From: a virus
Lineage: Duplodnaviria; Caudoviricetes
DNA: 42,304 bases
Virus record (IMG/VR): IMGVR_UViG_3300050331_000001
Coordinates: 1 to 42,304 of that record
Strand: one strand, 5' to 3'
Below, in pieces: positions 1 through 9,100 of this stretch. Each line of letters opens with the position of its first letter. The stretch's first letter is position 1. The position numbers and the translations under genes are program-made. The notes below the pieces were generated by a model. It searched no databases. It saw only the letters and a list, made by a program, of their open reading frames with translations, and had not been told where the DNA came from.

Positions 1-11
1 AGAATGCCCCG

Positions 12-54
12 ACGCCCCCGTAGCTCAGTGGACAGAGCATCCCCCTCCTAAGGG
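12..54 (+). repeat. Left att core; truncated 5' half of tRNA-Arg (14..54)
   Basis: ACGCCCCCGTAGCTCAGTGGACAGAGCATCCCCCTCCTAAGGG is identical to 42251..42293; tRNA similarity stops inside the 3' strand of the anticodon stem. Confidence 0.95.
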
Positions 55-117
55 TCCACTCAGGAGCGAGAACAAGCACTGGCGCGGCTCTCCGGGCGGT
101 TGCTCCCGCCAAGCGCA

Positions 118-163
118 GGCACAAGCAGGCACAGCCAGCAGCAAAAAGGCACAGCGGGGCACA
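118..163 (+). repeat. Putative integrase arm-type sites (GGCACA x4)
   Basis: GGCACA at 118, 128, 148 and 158 (10-bp phasing); the same hexamer occurs at 42206 and 42216 next to the other att. Confidence 0.65.
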
Positions 164-295
164 CTACTACTGGGGATGCAGACAGTGAACCGGGGAGGCG
201 CGAATCCAGCCCGCCAGAGCGCCCGAAGCGCCCCGAAGCCACTACCCCACTACCTCGGTCCTGATCGCCTCGCCTGCGTCGATCTGGCGACCCGC

Positions 296-643
296 CTACC
301 AATGCTCCGGCAGCGGCACGGTGCGCCCGGCAAGCGCGTGCGTGCAGTCGCTGAGAAATTGAATCTGCCCGTCGGTCACGAACGAATGGCAGCGAAACGG
401 ACGCGCTTCTGGCAGGGTTCCATCGCGCATGTAGGCCGCGTGTTCGTCGTCGGTCAGCGGCTGCACGCCGGTCACGAGCACGGACGGCTGAAAGGTCGGA
501 CGATCGGCGTTGCCGTTCCAGTCCCATCGCGGACTCGGGCCGGCGCCGACGGCGACCTGGTGCGAGCGATTGCATCCGGGGCACCAGAACGCGAGCCTTC
601 CACCTTCGAGGCTGCGCAGCACTCTACTGATCGCTCCCATCAT
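296..643 (-). CDS. Cys/His metal-binding protein, DUF6527-like
   Basis: FWCPGC..H, W.WNG...PTF.PSVL and CHSFVTDGQIQFLSDCTHALAG motifs; coupled to the upstream ORF. Confidence 0.7.
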   Translation of the reverse strand: MMGAISRVLRSLEGGRLAFWCPGCNRSHQVAVGAGPSPRWDWNGNADRPTFQPSVLVTGVQPLTDDEHAAYMRDGTLPEARPFRCHSFVTDGQIQFLSDCTHALAGRTVPLPEHW

Positions 644-888
644 GCCCTCCCGCTTTCAATCTCGTCGGTCAGCACCGGCGCATCCTCGATCGCCACGGGC
701 CGGTTGTACAGCTCGGCCACCTGCGCTTCCAGCACCGCAAGCCGGCGCTGCGTTCGCGCCTCGCGTGAGGCTGACTCTGCCAGCATCTTGAGCAGCGTGC
801 GGATGACGCCCACCGACTGCCCGGCCTGCGTCTCGACGCGCTCCAGCCGCGAGCCTACGTGTCTCAGGTCTTTGACGGTGGCGAGCAT
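640..888 (-). CDS. Hypothetical coiled-coil protein
   Basis: 82-aa ORF whose stop overlaps the next start; could be a frameshifted continuation of 864..1070. Confidence 0.5.
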   Translation of the reverse strand: MLATVKDLRHVGSRLERVETQAGQSVGVIRTLLKMLAESASREARTQRRLAVLEAQVAELYNRPVAIEDAPVLTDEIESGRA

Positions 889-1070
889 GGTCCTGTCGTG
901 ATGAGCGCAACCCGGCCTTGCGCGATGATGGCCTCGCCAGCTTCGTCGGGAGCCGGGATGTATCGCACCTCGCGCACCTCGGCGGGGATGCGCTCCGGGT
1001 GGACGAAGACGAGCGGCAGGGACCGATCGGGCAGGCCGGAGAGGAAGGCGATCACCTCGTCGACGGTCAC
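864..1070 (-). CDS. Hypothetical protein
   Basis: GTG at 1070 overlaps the stop of the LytTR gene (GTGA). Confidence 0.5.
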   Translation of the reverse strand: MTVDEVIAFLSGLPDRSLPLVFVHPERIPAEVREVRYIPAPDEAGEAIIAQGRVALITTGPCSPPSKT

Positions 1071-1467
1071 GACAGCATCCTGTTCAAGTGCGGCCACTCC
1101 CGGCGAGCGACCCGTACCGGGCCAACCCCGCTGACGATGACCTCGCGGGCGAGCTCGAAGTGCTCGTCTCGACGACATCGATGCGCTCGATCGCCTGCGG
1201 GTCGACGAGCGTGCTGCGGCTCACGCGCACCAGGTGCGGGAAGCGCTCCTGCATCCGCAGGGTCGACTCTTCCAACGTGCCGACGAGGCCGTACACCGTC
1301 CAGACCTCGAGTTGCTTGAGCGCTGCCCGCAACATCGTCAGGTCTTCGGCGTTGACGATCAGCGTCGAGCCGCCCTTGCGCACGAGCAGCCGAGAGCCCG
1401 GCATCGGGCGCCCGCAGCCGGCGCAAGGGACGGTCTGTGGCACGGGCTGGCCGTCGCGGTACATCAT
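1067..1467 (-). CDS. Stand-alone LytTR-family DNA-binding protein with N-terminal CxxC (frameshift near 1168)
   Basis: LVRVSRSTLVDPQAIERI in one frame continues as VIVSGVGPVRVARREWPHLNRML in another; adding one G at about 1168 joins them. Confidence 0.7.
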
Positions 1468-1658
1468 CGGCACAGCGCAGCGCGCACCTCGTTGTGGCGC
1501 ACGATCTGGCGCAGCAGATAGGTGGACATCTGGTCTACGTCGGCCGCCGTCATCGTGATCGTGCGGGCGTGGTCGCAGTAGTCACCGCTCGTCGTCGCGC
1601 ACCCACTTCCGAGCACGACGACGAAGCTCATCAGCATCCAGATCGGCCATTTCATCAT
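1464..1658 (-). CDS. o-spanin (Rz1-like lipoprotein)
   Basis: AGGAGGT RBS, signal peptide with lipobox-like LGSGC, overlaps the i-spanin 3' end in another frame. Confidence 0.8.
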   Translation of the reverse strand: MMKWPIWMLMSFVVVLGSGCATTSGDYCDHARTITMTAADVDQMSTYLLRQIVRHNEVRAALCR

Positions 1659-1812
1659 CGACCTCCTGCGCGCGCTCGATCGCATCGAGCCGGCGCTTGA
1701 CCACCTGAGCCCCAGCCGCACTCTTGCCGGCCTGCCGCCCGGAGAACCACGCCACGACAATCGCGGCGATGCCGACGAGGTACGGCCAGACGGCCGCGAG
1801 CAGCGCGCTCAT
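1582..1812 (-). CDS. i-spanin (Rz-like)
   Basis: N-terminal TM helix then a charged helical domain; directly after the endolysin. Confidence 0.8.
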   Translation of the reverse strand: MSALLAAVWPYLVGIAAIVVAWFSGRQAGKSAAGAQVVKRRLDAIERAQEVDDEMADLDADELRRRARKWVRDDER

Positions 1813-2397
1813 GCTTTCGTCCTCACTTCGCCGCGCCAGACGTTGCCCGGCCGAATCCCCCGGTCGAGCTCGCGCTGCACGCGGGCGACGGCCTCAGCCT
1901 TCGTGACCGTCGAACTGTCGTCGGCGTCGAGCCCGGCGTTCTGGCTGTACGCCTTCGGGTGCCGGCGCTCGTCGAACAGCACGTAGTCGCTCGCCTTGCC
2001 GATCGCCGCCGGCCAGAGGATCGCCATGTACAGGTCGGCCAGCGTCGTCAGGCGGCCGGTGTAGGGCGCGAGGTAGCGGTAGACGTAGCGCAGCTGATCC
2101 TCGGCCGACATCCCGCCAGCGCGGCCGCAGAGGTGCCCAGCGCCGCCGCCGTGGTCGGCATGAATTGAATGAGCCCGACGGCACCGAACCGGCCGCGTTG
2201 CGGATGTCCGGCCGGAACGTGCGCCCGGTCTCGAACGCCATGACGGCCATCAGCCAGCCGACGTCGACCCGAAGCTCGTCCGCCGCCCACGCGACGCGGT
2301 CGCGGAAGGTCTGGGACACGTGCTCGCCCCACGGCACGACGCGGTAGTCCACGCGCTTGAGGAACCCGCGCAGGAAGGCAATCAGCGCGTCAAGCAT
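1809..2397 (-). CDS. Endolysin, lytic-transglycosylase/lysozyme-like (frameshifts near 2185 and 2113)
   Basis: LMAVMAFETG (catalytic Glu), GAVGLIQFMP, and EDQLRYVYRY..DLYMAILWP lie in three successive frames; each junction is repaired by one extra G in a G-run. Confidence 0.85.
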
Positions 2398-2599
2398 CGC
2401 CGATCCCCTGGTCTACAAGGCGCCCCACGATCCCGGCGAGCAGCAGCGCGATGCTCGTCCACTGCACCCAGTCGGCATCGAGCGAGGAACGAAGGTCGGC
2501 GGGCATCGCGACCCACGCGCCCTGCACGGCCGTAGCAAGGGCCATCGCCTGCACGCTGAACATGCGCCACGCACGGCGCCATTGCGGGATCATTCGCAT
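2390..2599 (-). CDS. Putative holin (2 TM)
   Basis: WRRAWRMFSVQAM..GRLVDQ small hydrophobic protein immediately upstream of the endolysin. Confidence 0.65.
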   Translation of the reverse strand: MRMIPQWRRAWRMFSVQAMALATAVQGAWVAMPADLRSSLDADWVQWTSIALLLAGIVGRLVDQGIGDA

Positions 2600-2607
2600 A
2601 GCGAGCC

Positions 2608-2796
2608 TCACTTGAACGACACGTACCCGCGCGCAGCGAGCCACCCGACCACGGCCGCGCCGAGGATGACGAGAAATCGCTGCACGACGCCCTTGCCCAC
2701 CTGCGCGTAGAACTCCTTCGTGACTTCCTCGACGGCGAGCTTTGCGGCCTTGCGAGCGATGAGCATTTCGCGCTCCGTGAGTTCGTGTTCTGGCAT
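2608..2796 (-). CDS. Small membrane protein (holin/antiholin candidate)
   Basis: 62 aa with a C-terminal TM helix, first gene of the lysis cassette. Confidence 0.55.
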   Translation of the reverse strand: MPEHELTEREMLIARKAAKLAVEEVTKEFYAQVGKGVVQRFLVILGAAVVGWLAARGYVSFK

Positions 2797-2803
2797 AGGA
2801 GTC

Positions 2804-3223
2804 TCAGAAGCGGTAGCGAATCTGTGCGGCAATGAAGGCTGGCGACTGCTCGATGTCCAGCGGCTGCACGAGCAGGGCCGCCTCGATGTGCTCGAAGCGC
2901 AGCACGACCTCGGGCAGCACGGCGGGAATCACGGCCCAGCGGTAGCCGGTCGCAACGGCTCCAAGCACGCCGACATGAAACGGGCCGGCTACCTGCCGCG
3001 TCCACTCGCGCGCCACGTAAACGCTCGTTCGGCACAGCGAATTGCGATAGACACCGACCGCGTATCCAGCCCACTCGCCGCTGTCGATGCGGATGCCGAT
3101 GCCGGGGTTCGACTCGCAGTAGTCGCCGCTCGAGTGCTTGGAGACGAAGCCGGAGAGCAGCGTCTGCGCGCCGGCCGGCAGCGCGACCAACGCAAGTAGA
3201 GTCGCAACAAAAGCGTGTTTCAT
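2804..3223 (-). CDS. Outer-membrane beta-barrel protein, PagP-like
   Basis: Signal peptide (AGA-Q), SKH, ESNPGIG and YRNS..RTSVY motifs, alternating strands, C-terminal beta-signal IRYRF. Confidence 0.65.
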   Translation of the reverse strand: MKHAFVATLLALVALPAGAQTLLSGFVSKHSSGDYCESNPGIGIRIDSGEWAGYAVGVYRNSLCRTSVYVAREWTRQVAGPFHVGVLGAVATGYRWAVIPAVLPEVVLRFEHIEAALLVQPLDIEQSPAFIAAQIRYRF

Positions 3224-3224
3224 A

Positions 3225-4070
3225 CTAGAACAGTAGACAGCCGGAGAACTTCTCTACGGTAATTGATCCGCCAGACGCTGGTTCCGCTTTTACTGAAACG
3301 GTGGCAGAGGCGGAGAGATAAAAAATCTGACTGATCGTTCCAGCTTCTATACTGAGTGAATCAATAAGTGACCGGCTAGACGACCCAAAAACCGCCCGAT
3401 CAGAAGTGCCGTTTATGAGAAGCCGAGCACCTGATCCTGTAACCCCAGCCGGAGTAGTAGACGAAATACTGGCGGCGATCAGATACACCCCGTTGACAGG
3501 GGCCGTAAACACCCCTGTACTTGGATTAAAGCTGCCGCTCTGATCTTTAACCTCTGTGTATCCGGTTGCGACTCCCGTCGTGGTCCTAAACGGAGCGTCT
3601 ATCGCAATAAAGAATGGGTGCGTCGTGCCAATGTTTCTAACGACGCCAGTAAACTGCGGGGAGGCTTTCGGCGCCAGAAGCGCATCGGCGTCATCGACGT
3701 ACTTCTTCGTCGCGGCGTGCAGATCGACGGTCGGCGCAGCGTTCAACGTCAGTGCGCCGGTCATCGTGCCGCCGGCCTTGTCCAGCGGCGTGTAGCCGAG
3801 GCGCGCAGTGATGTTGGTGTAGTAGCTCGCCGCCTGGCCGTTGAAGGTTGTTACGTTGATCGCGTAGGCCGAGGACAGATCGACCCACGACGACCCGTTG
3901 TACTTCTGCCATTTGTTGTTTGCGCTCGACCAGCGGATCATCCCGGCGGCCGCGCCGGTTGGCGTCGTGTCGTCGAGCTGCTTGGCCACCGCGACGAGCG
4001 TGTCCTTCGTGTCGGTGAGGTTCTGCGCGCGATCGGCGGTGGCGATCGGTCGGTCGAAGCGTGCGGTCAT
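3225..4070 (-). CDS. Tail fibre / receptor-binding protein with C1q-like C-terminal domain
   Basis: LDKAGGTMTG, HAATKKYVD and APKASPQFTG fibre motifs; FNPSTGVFTAPVNGVY C1q-type motif. Confidence 0.8.
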   Translation of the reverse strand: MTARFDRPIATADRAQNLTDTKDTLVAVAKQLDDTTPTGAAAGMIRWSSANNKWQKYNGSSWVDLSSAYAINVTTFNGQAASYYTNITARLGYTPLDKAGGTMTGALTLNAAPTVDLHAATKKYVDDADALLAPKASPQFTGVVRNIGTTHPFFIAIDAPFRTTTGVATGYTEVKDQSGSFNPSTGVFTAPVNGVYLIAASISSTTPAGVTGSGARLLINGTSDRAVFGSSSRSLIDSLSIEAGTISQIFYLSASATVSVKAEPASGGSITVEKFSGCLLF

Positions 4071-7000
4071 CAGACTCCCCTAACGGTCCACGAGACGTCG
4101 CCAGTGACCGGATTCCCGTCCTTGTCGAACAGGTACAAATCGAACGACGTGCCGCTGGTGTAGTCGTAGGCAAACTGGCGCGGCTGTGTGCTCTTCGGCG
4201 TAATCACAATCGCGAGGATTTCGTCGATCTCGCCGGAGGTGTTCACCGTCGTCGGATTGACGGTCACGTTCACGACGCCCGCTTCGGTGCGCAGCTTCGT
4301 GGAGATCTTCACTTTCAGCTGCGTGATGTGTACCAGGTCATCGCCGCCAGTAGAGGCGAAGGTGAGCGTCACCCGCACGTAGCGGAAGGTGCCGCCCGCA
4401 TAGACGCTCGTGCCGGTGTAGGTCTGCTGCTCGCCGGCGAATGCGCCCGTGCCGCTCGTCTCGACCGTGCAAGTGACGGCAACCACGCCCTGCACCTCGA
4501 TGAGCGTGGGCGTGACGGTGATCGTCGAAGGATCGACGGTCACGCCGATGTCGAACACCTCGCGGTAGCTCGCGCTCGTCTGCCCGGGCTCCCACCACTT
4601 GTCGAAGCCCAAGCCAGCTGCTGCGGAATCCGTCGAGACGCCGATGCGCGTCGTGTGCTCCGCATCGGTCTCGACGAACACCGGCGCGATCAGCCCGCCA
4701 TCGACCGTGTAGGCGTTCGTCTTCGTGCCGCTGAAGTCAGAATAGAATTCGTCGCGCAGCACATAGTCCGGCGGCGCATTCACCCGCGCCGTGACCACGC
4801 CCATCACGCTCGCGTTGCCCGCCGAGTCGTTGGCGACGACGCCGTATCTGTAGTCGCCAGCGGCCTGCTCGAAGAGCACGGCGAACCGGCCGTCTCCGTT
4901 GTCGCCGACGAGCTGCGCATCGCGATAGACCTCGTAGCGCTCCACGGGCAGCGTCGTCTTACAGTCCTGCCACCGCAGCAGTGCGAAGTTGTCGACGACC
5001 TCCACGCTGATGACGGGCGTGGCAGGCAGCGAGACGATCAGCTCGACCGAGGTTTCGGTCCCGAGGTTGCCCGCGACATCTCGCGCGGCGACCCAGTAGC
5101 GCACGACGCCCGAGCCCGAGACGCGTGTGCGGTACATCGTCGACTTCGACAAGCCGAGCACGGTGGCCGACGCATAGCTCGCACCGACCCGGATCTCGTA
5201 GTCCTCGATCTGGTAGCTCGCTGCCGGCGCCCCCCAGACGATCAGCGCCGAGTCGCCGTCAACCGACAGCGCAAGCCCCGAGACCGCAGGGATCGTCGAC
5301 GTGACGGACGCCGACACTGCGCTCGATGCGTTGCCCCATGCGTCGATCGCCTTGATCCAGTACGTCTTCGTGCCCGCCGTCTGCGGCTGCCAGAAGAACG
5401 ACGTCCCCGTCACAGTCGCAACGGGCGTTCCGGTATCCCACGATGCGCCCTCGCGGATCTGGTACTCGATGACATCAAAGGATGAGGACTTGACCCACGA
5501 CAAGCGCACGCCGAACGACTCGGTCGCCGCCTGAAAGACCGTCGGCGGCTCAGGCGGGTCTTCCGGCCCCGTCACCGTGAACGCATCTGCATACGCCCAG
5601 TCCGAACGCGCGAGGCCGTTGTACGCCTGCGCGCGAACGTGATAGACCTCACGGTCTCCGACGGCCTCGGCGATGATGGCCTCGGTGGAGTCGCCCGAGA
5701 CCTTGCTCGTGATCTTCGCGCCGGTGACGGCGTGCGTGGCCTCTACGATGATCTCGCCGCCATTCCTCACCGCGATGTCGGTCGACTCGTTCCACGTCGC
5801 CTTCAGGCCGATCTGCCACACGCCATCGCTGCGGCGCTTGAGCACGGTCGAAACCGCGAGGTTCGCCGGCTCCGTGACGTCGCGCGGATCTGGCAGGCTC
5901 GTGTTCGGCGTGGGGTCGTACCCGATCGCCTCGGTGTAGTTCCACGAGTACGGCGCCGAGCCCGTCTCCTGCAGCACAAGATGCACGCCGCGCGGGAACT
6001 GGAACTTCCGATCAATGACGCGATAGGTCTTCGACACCTGGCCGAAGAGATCGATCGTGACGCGAATCACATCCCCCGGACGAAGCCGCGCCGCCTTGTC
6101 CTTCCACCACGCCGACAGCCCCACCGACTGACGCGAAAGGTGCAGGATGAGCTTCTGGATGCGCTGTGCCCGCACCACGTTGTCCGTCATCGGCAGCGTG
6201 ATGTCCTGGAAGAACGTGTCGCCGTCCTCGGTCACATAGACCGACGAGACGTAGGGCGGGACGTCCACCTCCTGATAGCGCCGCTCGGCATCGATGATCT
6301 TGCCGCGCACCGCATTGAAGAGGTCGCGCGTCGGCGTCTCGGTGATGAGCTCGATCGGGCCATCGGCGAGATCGGCATCGGTCAGATCCATCACCGGCGA
6401 CGAGTAAGCGCCTGCGCTGATGATCCACTGCCCACCCGAGTAGACGGCCGTGCCGACCATCGACGTGAGGATCGCGCCGAGATTGTCGAGCCGGTTGTCC
6501 GCCGTCGAGAGCACGCCATCGCATGTGTAGCGCCGCTGCTGCCCGCCACCGGCGAGCGGCACCCACTCTTCGCAGACGTTCGCCGGCGCCGCGGCTGCGC
6601 CGATGTACGAGGCCGACTCGCCTAGCCCGAGCGGGTCGGCGATGTAGTCGCGCGTGCACAGCGCCGAGTTGTTCGACCAGACCGTCGTGCCGGTTCGCTC
6701 GTCATAGAGCTTCTTCCCGCGCGCAAGTACCGTGATCTGCGGCAGCCCCGAGGGGAACATGTCCGGGTCGTACAGCAGCGTGACGTGGATCCGCGGGACG
6801 CCCTTGCCCAAGTGCGTCGGCTTCCACACCCCGCCGCTCACCGATTCCAGGTCGGTATCGCGCTCGCCCGCTGTCGTGCCGAGGAACTTCTTCACCCGGA
6901 CGTATGGCGTCGTCGTGGTGTAGCGGTAGGAGACGCCGACAGTGAGATAGCCGGCGCCGCTGTTCGTGATCGTGATCGTGTCGCCGGCCCGGGTGTACGC

Positions 7001-7540
7001 CACCGGCAGGTAGCCGTTGTCGCCGCCGTCTGCGTACACGCTGATGTACGTCGCGCCCGAAGGCAGGGCGACATCGCCAGACGAGAACGGCCCCACGACC
7101 ACCGATTGATAGCCCTGGTGCGTACGGCTCTTGACGTACCTGCCGCCAGTGACCCAGCCGTTTGCATCGAACCCGCTCGGCCAGGTGCCGATCCCCGAGT
7201 CGTCGAAATAGATCTCCTCGATCTCGTCAAACTCGTGGCCGCCGAGGGCGAGCTGGATGTGCAGATACTCCGAATACGAGCCGGAGGTGATCGGCTTGCG
7301 GATCATCACGCCGCCAACCCGCGCGCGGCCGTAGACAATCGTGCGCGGCTGCACGGCGGAACGGATGGTGAGCGTCCGGTCCTTCAGGCTCGCTTCCCAT
7401 GCGGCCTTCGCCTGCTTCCGCTGGCGGCGCGCCTGCATCACGCCGTTGACCATGAGTGCGGCCGTGACGATGACCTTGAAGACAGTCATCGCTGTCGCTG
7501 CCGTGTACCACGCGGCTACCGCCGCTGGGAGCGCCGCCAC
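4070..7540 (-). CDS. Tail tip / central fibre protein (gpJ-like, Fn3 repeats)
   Basis: 1156 aa; PRTIVYGRARVGG, RGKKLYD, WSNNSALC and RYTCDGV motifs; repeated Y.IR.G.SW..YW.KA.D..GN units. Confidence 0.9.
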   Translation of the reverse strand: MAALPAAVAAWYTAATAMTVFKVIVTAALMVNGVMQARRQRKQAKAAWEASLKDRTLTIRSAVQPRTIVYGRARVGGVMIRKPITSGSYSEYLHIQLALGGHEFDEIEEIYFDDSGIGTWPSGFDANGWVTGGRYVKSRTHQGYQSVVVGPFSSGDVALPSGATYISVYADGGDNGYLPVAYTRAGDTITITNSGAGYLTVGVSYRYTTTTPYVRVKKFLGTTAGERDTDLESVSGGVWKPTHLGKGVPRIHVTLLYDPDMFPSGLPQITVLARGKKLYDERTGTTVWSNNSALCTRDYIADPLGLGESASYIGAAAAPANVCEEWVPLAGGGQQRRYTCDGVLSTADNRLDNLGAILTSMVGTAVYSGGQWIISAGAYSSPVMDLTDADLADGPIELITETPTRDLFNAVRGKIIDAERRYQEVDVPPYVSSVYVTEDGDTFFQDITLPMTDNVVRAQRIQKLILHLSRQSVGLSAWWKDKAARLRPGDVIRVTIDLFGQVSKTYRVIDRKFQFPRGVHLVLQETGSAPYSWNYTEAIGYDPTPNTSLPDPRDVTEPANLAVSTVLKRRSDGVWQIGLKATWNESTDIAVRNGGEIIVEATHAVTGAKITSKVSGDSTEAIIAEAVGDREVYHVRAQAYNGLARSDWAYADAFTVTGPEDPPEPPTVFQAATESFGVRLSWVKSSSFDVIEYQIREGASWDTGTPVATVTGTSFFWQPQTAGTKTYWIKAIDAWGNASSAVSASVTSTIPAVSGLALSVDGDSALIVWGAPAASYQIEDYEIRVGASYASATVLGLSKSTMYRTRVSGSGVVRYWVAARDVAGNLGTETSVELIVSLPATPVISVEVVDNFALLRWQDCKTTLPVERYEVYRDAQLVGDNGDGRFAVLFEQAAGDYRYGVVANDSAGNASVMGVVTARVNAPPDYVLRDEFYSDFSGTKTNAYTVDGGLIAPVFVETDAEHTTRIGVSTDSAAAGLGFDKWWEPGQTSASYREVFDIGVTVDPSTITVTPTLIEVQGVVAVTCTVETSGTGAFAGEQQTYTGTSVYAGGTFRYVRVTLTFASTGGDDLVHITQLKVKISTKLRTEAGVVNVTVNPTTVNTSGEIDEILAIVITPKSTQPRQFAYDYTSGTSFDLYLFDKDGNPVTGDVSWTVRGV

Positions 7541-7541
7541 G

Positions 7542-7939
7542 TCAAACCCTCCAAGCGCGCACGGCGTGGCTCATGGGCACGAGCTGCACGCCCGCATCCC
7601 CCACCGCTGCGAACCGATCCCCGATGCACACCCCGAGCGCCTCGCGCCCGGTCAACGTGTGCAACACAACGTCGCCGCGCTGCGCGAAAGCCGGCGTGAT
7701 CTGCTCGCCCAGCCTCTCGCTGGCCAGCGCCTCGATACCGCCGTGGTCCTTGAGCAGTCGCAGCGCGGAAACCTCGTCGTGCCATTCGAATCCGCGATCG
7801 GATTCGTGCCGGTCATCGTCTCAACGGCCGCCGCAGCAAACGAGCAGCAGTCGTGCGTGGCCCATCGGAACGGCGTCTCGCGGCGGGCCTCGATCAGCGC
7901 GAACAGGCGCTCTGCCCAGTCCTCGCGACGCTCACGCAT
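7542..7939 (-). CDS. NlpC/P60-like tail tip assembly protein (frameshift near 7790)
   Basis: PFRWATHDCCSFAA, then AQRGDVV..ALGVC..AWRV in a shifted frame; one added base joins them. Confidence 0.75.
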
Positions 7940-8513
7940 TCGGATTCGCCTTGAACCACGAGCGCGCCGGCCAGATCACCGTGGCTTCCATCGTCTCGTG
8001 AATGCCGTCGAAGATCGTGTCGCCGGGGTAGTAGAGCTGTTGGTCCTCGTTGCTGTAACGACGCTCCGCAGGACGCGCGAAGTCCGCCAGCACCGAGACG
8101 ACGTTGACCGAGATCAGCGCCTCGGCGCCTTCGATACGGATGGCCGGCTCGTCGAGCTTGCCGCGGAACTCCACGGGCGGCGTGCCGATCGGATCGTCCG
8201 CAGCATCCAGCGGGGTAAACCACAACGTGCAGGGGCGACCGCGCACCTTCTCGGAGAGCAGCAGCGCCGTGAGCACGTCGGACGTGCCCGCGAGCGTGAG
8301 CTGCACGCTCGTTGCGATGAGGCTCTCCGTCTCGCGGATCTCACCCACGCCGACGCAACCCCCCGCGCCCTGCCAGTCGTACCCGCCCCACGTCGTGTCG
8401 TACCCGCCCGTCCAAAAGCGTTTCGTGCCACTCGTGAATTCGAGCTGAATATAAACAGCAACGCCCGTATCACCTTCGAGCGCCGTGATCGCGGCTGCGT
8501 CGTAGGTCTTCAT
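7932..8513 (-). CDS. Minor tail / hub protein (gpL-like position)
   Basis: 193 aa, RYSNEDQQLYYPGD C-terminal motif, synteny. Confidence 0.75.
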   Translation of the reverse strand: MKTYDAAAITALEGDTGVAVYIQLEFTSGTKRFWTGGYDTTWGGYDWQGAGGCVGVGEIRETESLIATSVQLTLAGTSDVLTALLLSEKVRGRPCTLWFTPLDAADDPIGTPPVEFRGKLDEPAIRIEGAEALISVNVVSVLADFARPAERRYSNEDQQLYYPGDTIFDGIHETMEATVIWPARSWFKANPNA

Positions 8514-9100
8514 TTTTCGCGCAGGTCCACGGTGATGCCCGGCGCGTGGCTGTGCACGTAGGGGTGCTCGATCGGCGAGAGCACGCGCATCTCCACGCGA
8601 GGCCTGTCCCAGACGACCGGCGTGTTTGCCGGGTAGGTCGTGATGAGCTTCGGCACGATCGACACAACGAGCACGCCTGAGCCGTCGGCCGTTCCGCCGA
8701 CGTCGACCTGCACCAGTTGATCGCCGAGCCCGAGACAGTCAGCGGCGAACAACGTGGCGCCGGGGTCGGTGAGAATCGTGAGCGACGTGGCGCCCTTTGC
8801 TCCGGTCGCATTGAGATTCGGTGAGCCGCGCATCGTTCCACGGGGAACCGGCCAGCGCGGGTGCCATACGCGCACCGTATTCGTGCGCCCGATCCGGTTC
8901 CAGAACGCCTCGCGCGCCGCAGCGGCAGACTCGTCCGTCTCGTTCGGATACTCGATCGTCATCCGCCACTTCGCCCCCGGCAGCCAGCGCACGGCCCCAT
9001 CGCCGGTCAGCGTGGACTCCACGACGAAGGCGTTCTCGTCGATCCAGATCCGGGCGGACTCCGGCAGGAAGGCGTCAGGCAGATCGAAGGCAGCCATCAA
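8510..9100 (-). CDS. Distal tail protein-like
   Basis: Follows the tape measure gene; coupled ORF. Confidence 0.7.
   Translation of the reverse strand: MMAAFDLPDAFLPESARIWIDENAFVVESTLTGDGAVRWLPGAKWRMTIEYPNETDESAAAAREAFWNRIGRTNTVRVWHPRWPVPRGTMRGSPNLNATGAKGATSLTILTDPGATLFAADCLGLGDQLVQVDVGGTADGSGVLVVSIVPKLITTYPANTPVVWDRPRVEMRVLSPIEHPYVHSHAPGITVDLREK

Noticed and set aside
14-54. Second intact tRNA gene
   Set aside because: The sequence diverges within the anticodon stem and has no T-arm or acceptor 3' strand; it is the att remnant
1809-2397. Programmed frameshifting or a split endolysin
   Set aside because: No slippery heptamers; single missing G in G-runs, the same pattern as other probable errors
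3225-7540. Diversity-generating retroelement or invertible tail-fibre system
   Set aside because: No reverse transcriptase or invertase ORF, and no second copy of the fibre 3' end was noticed
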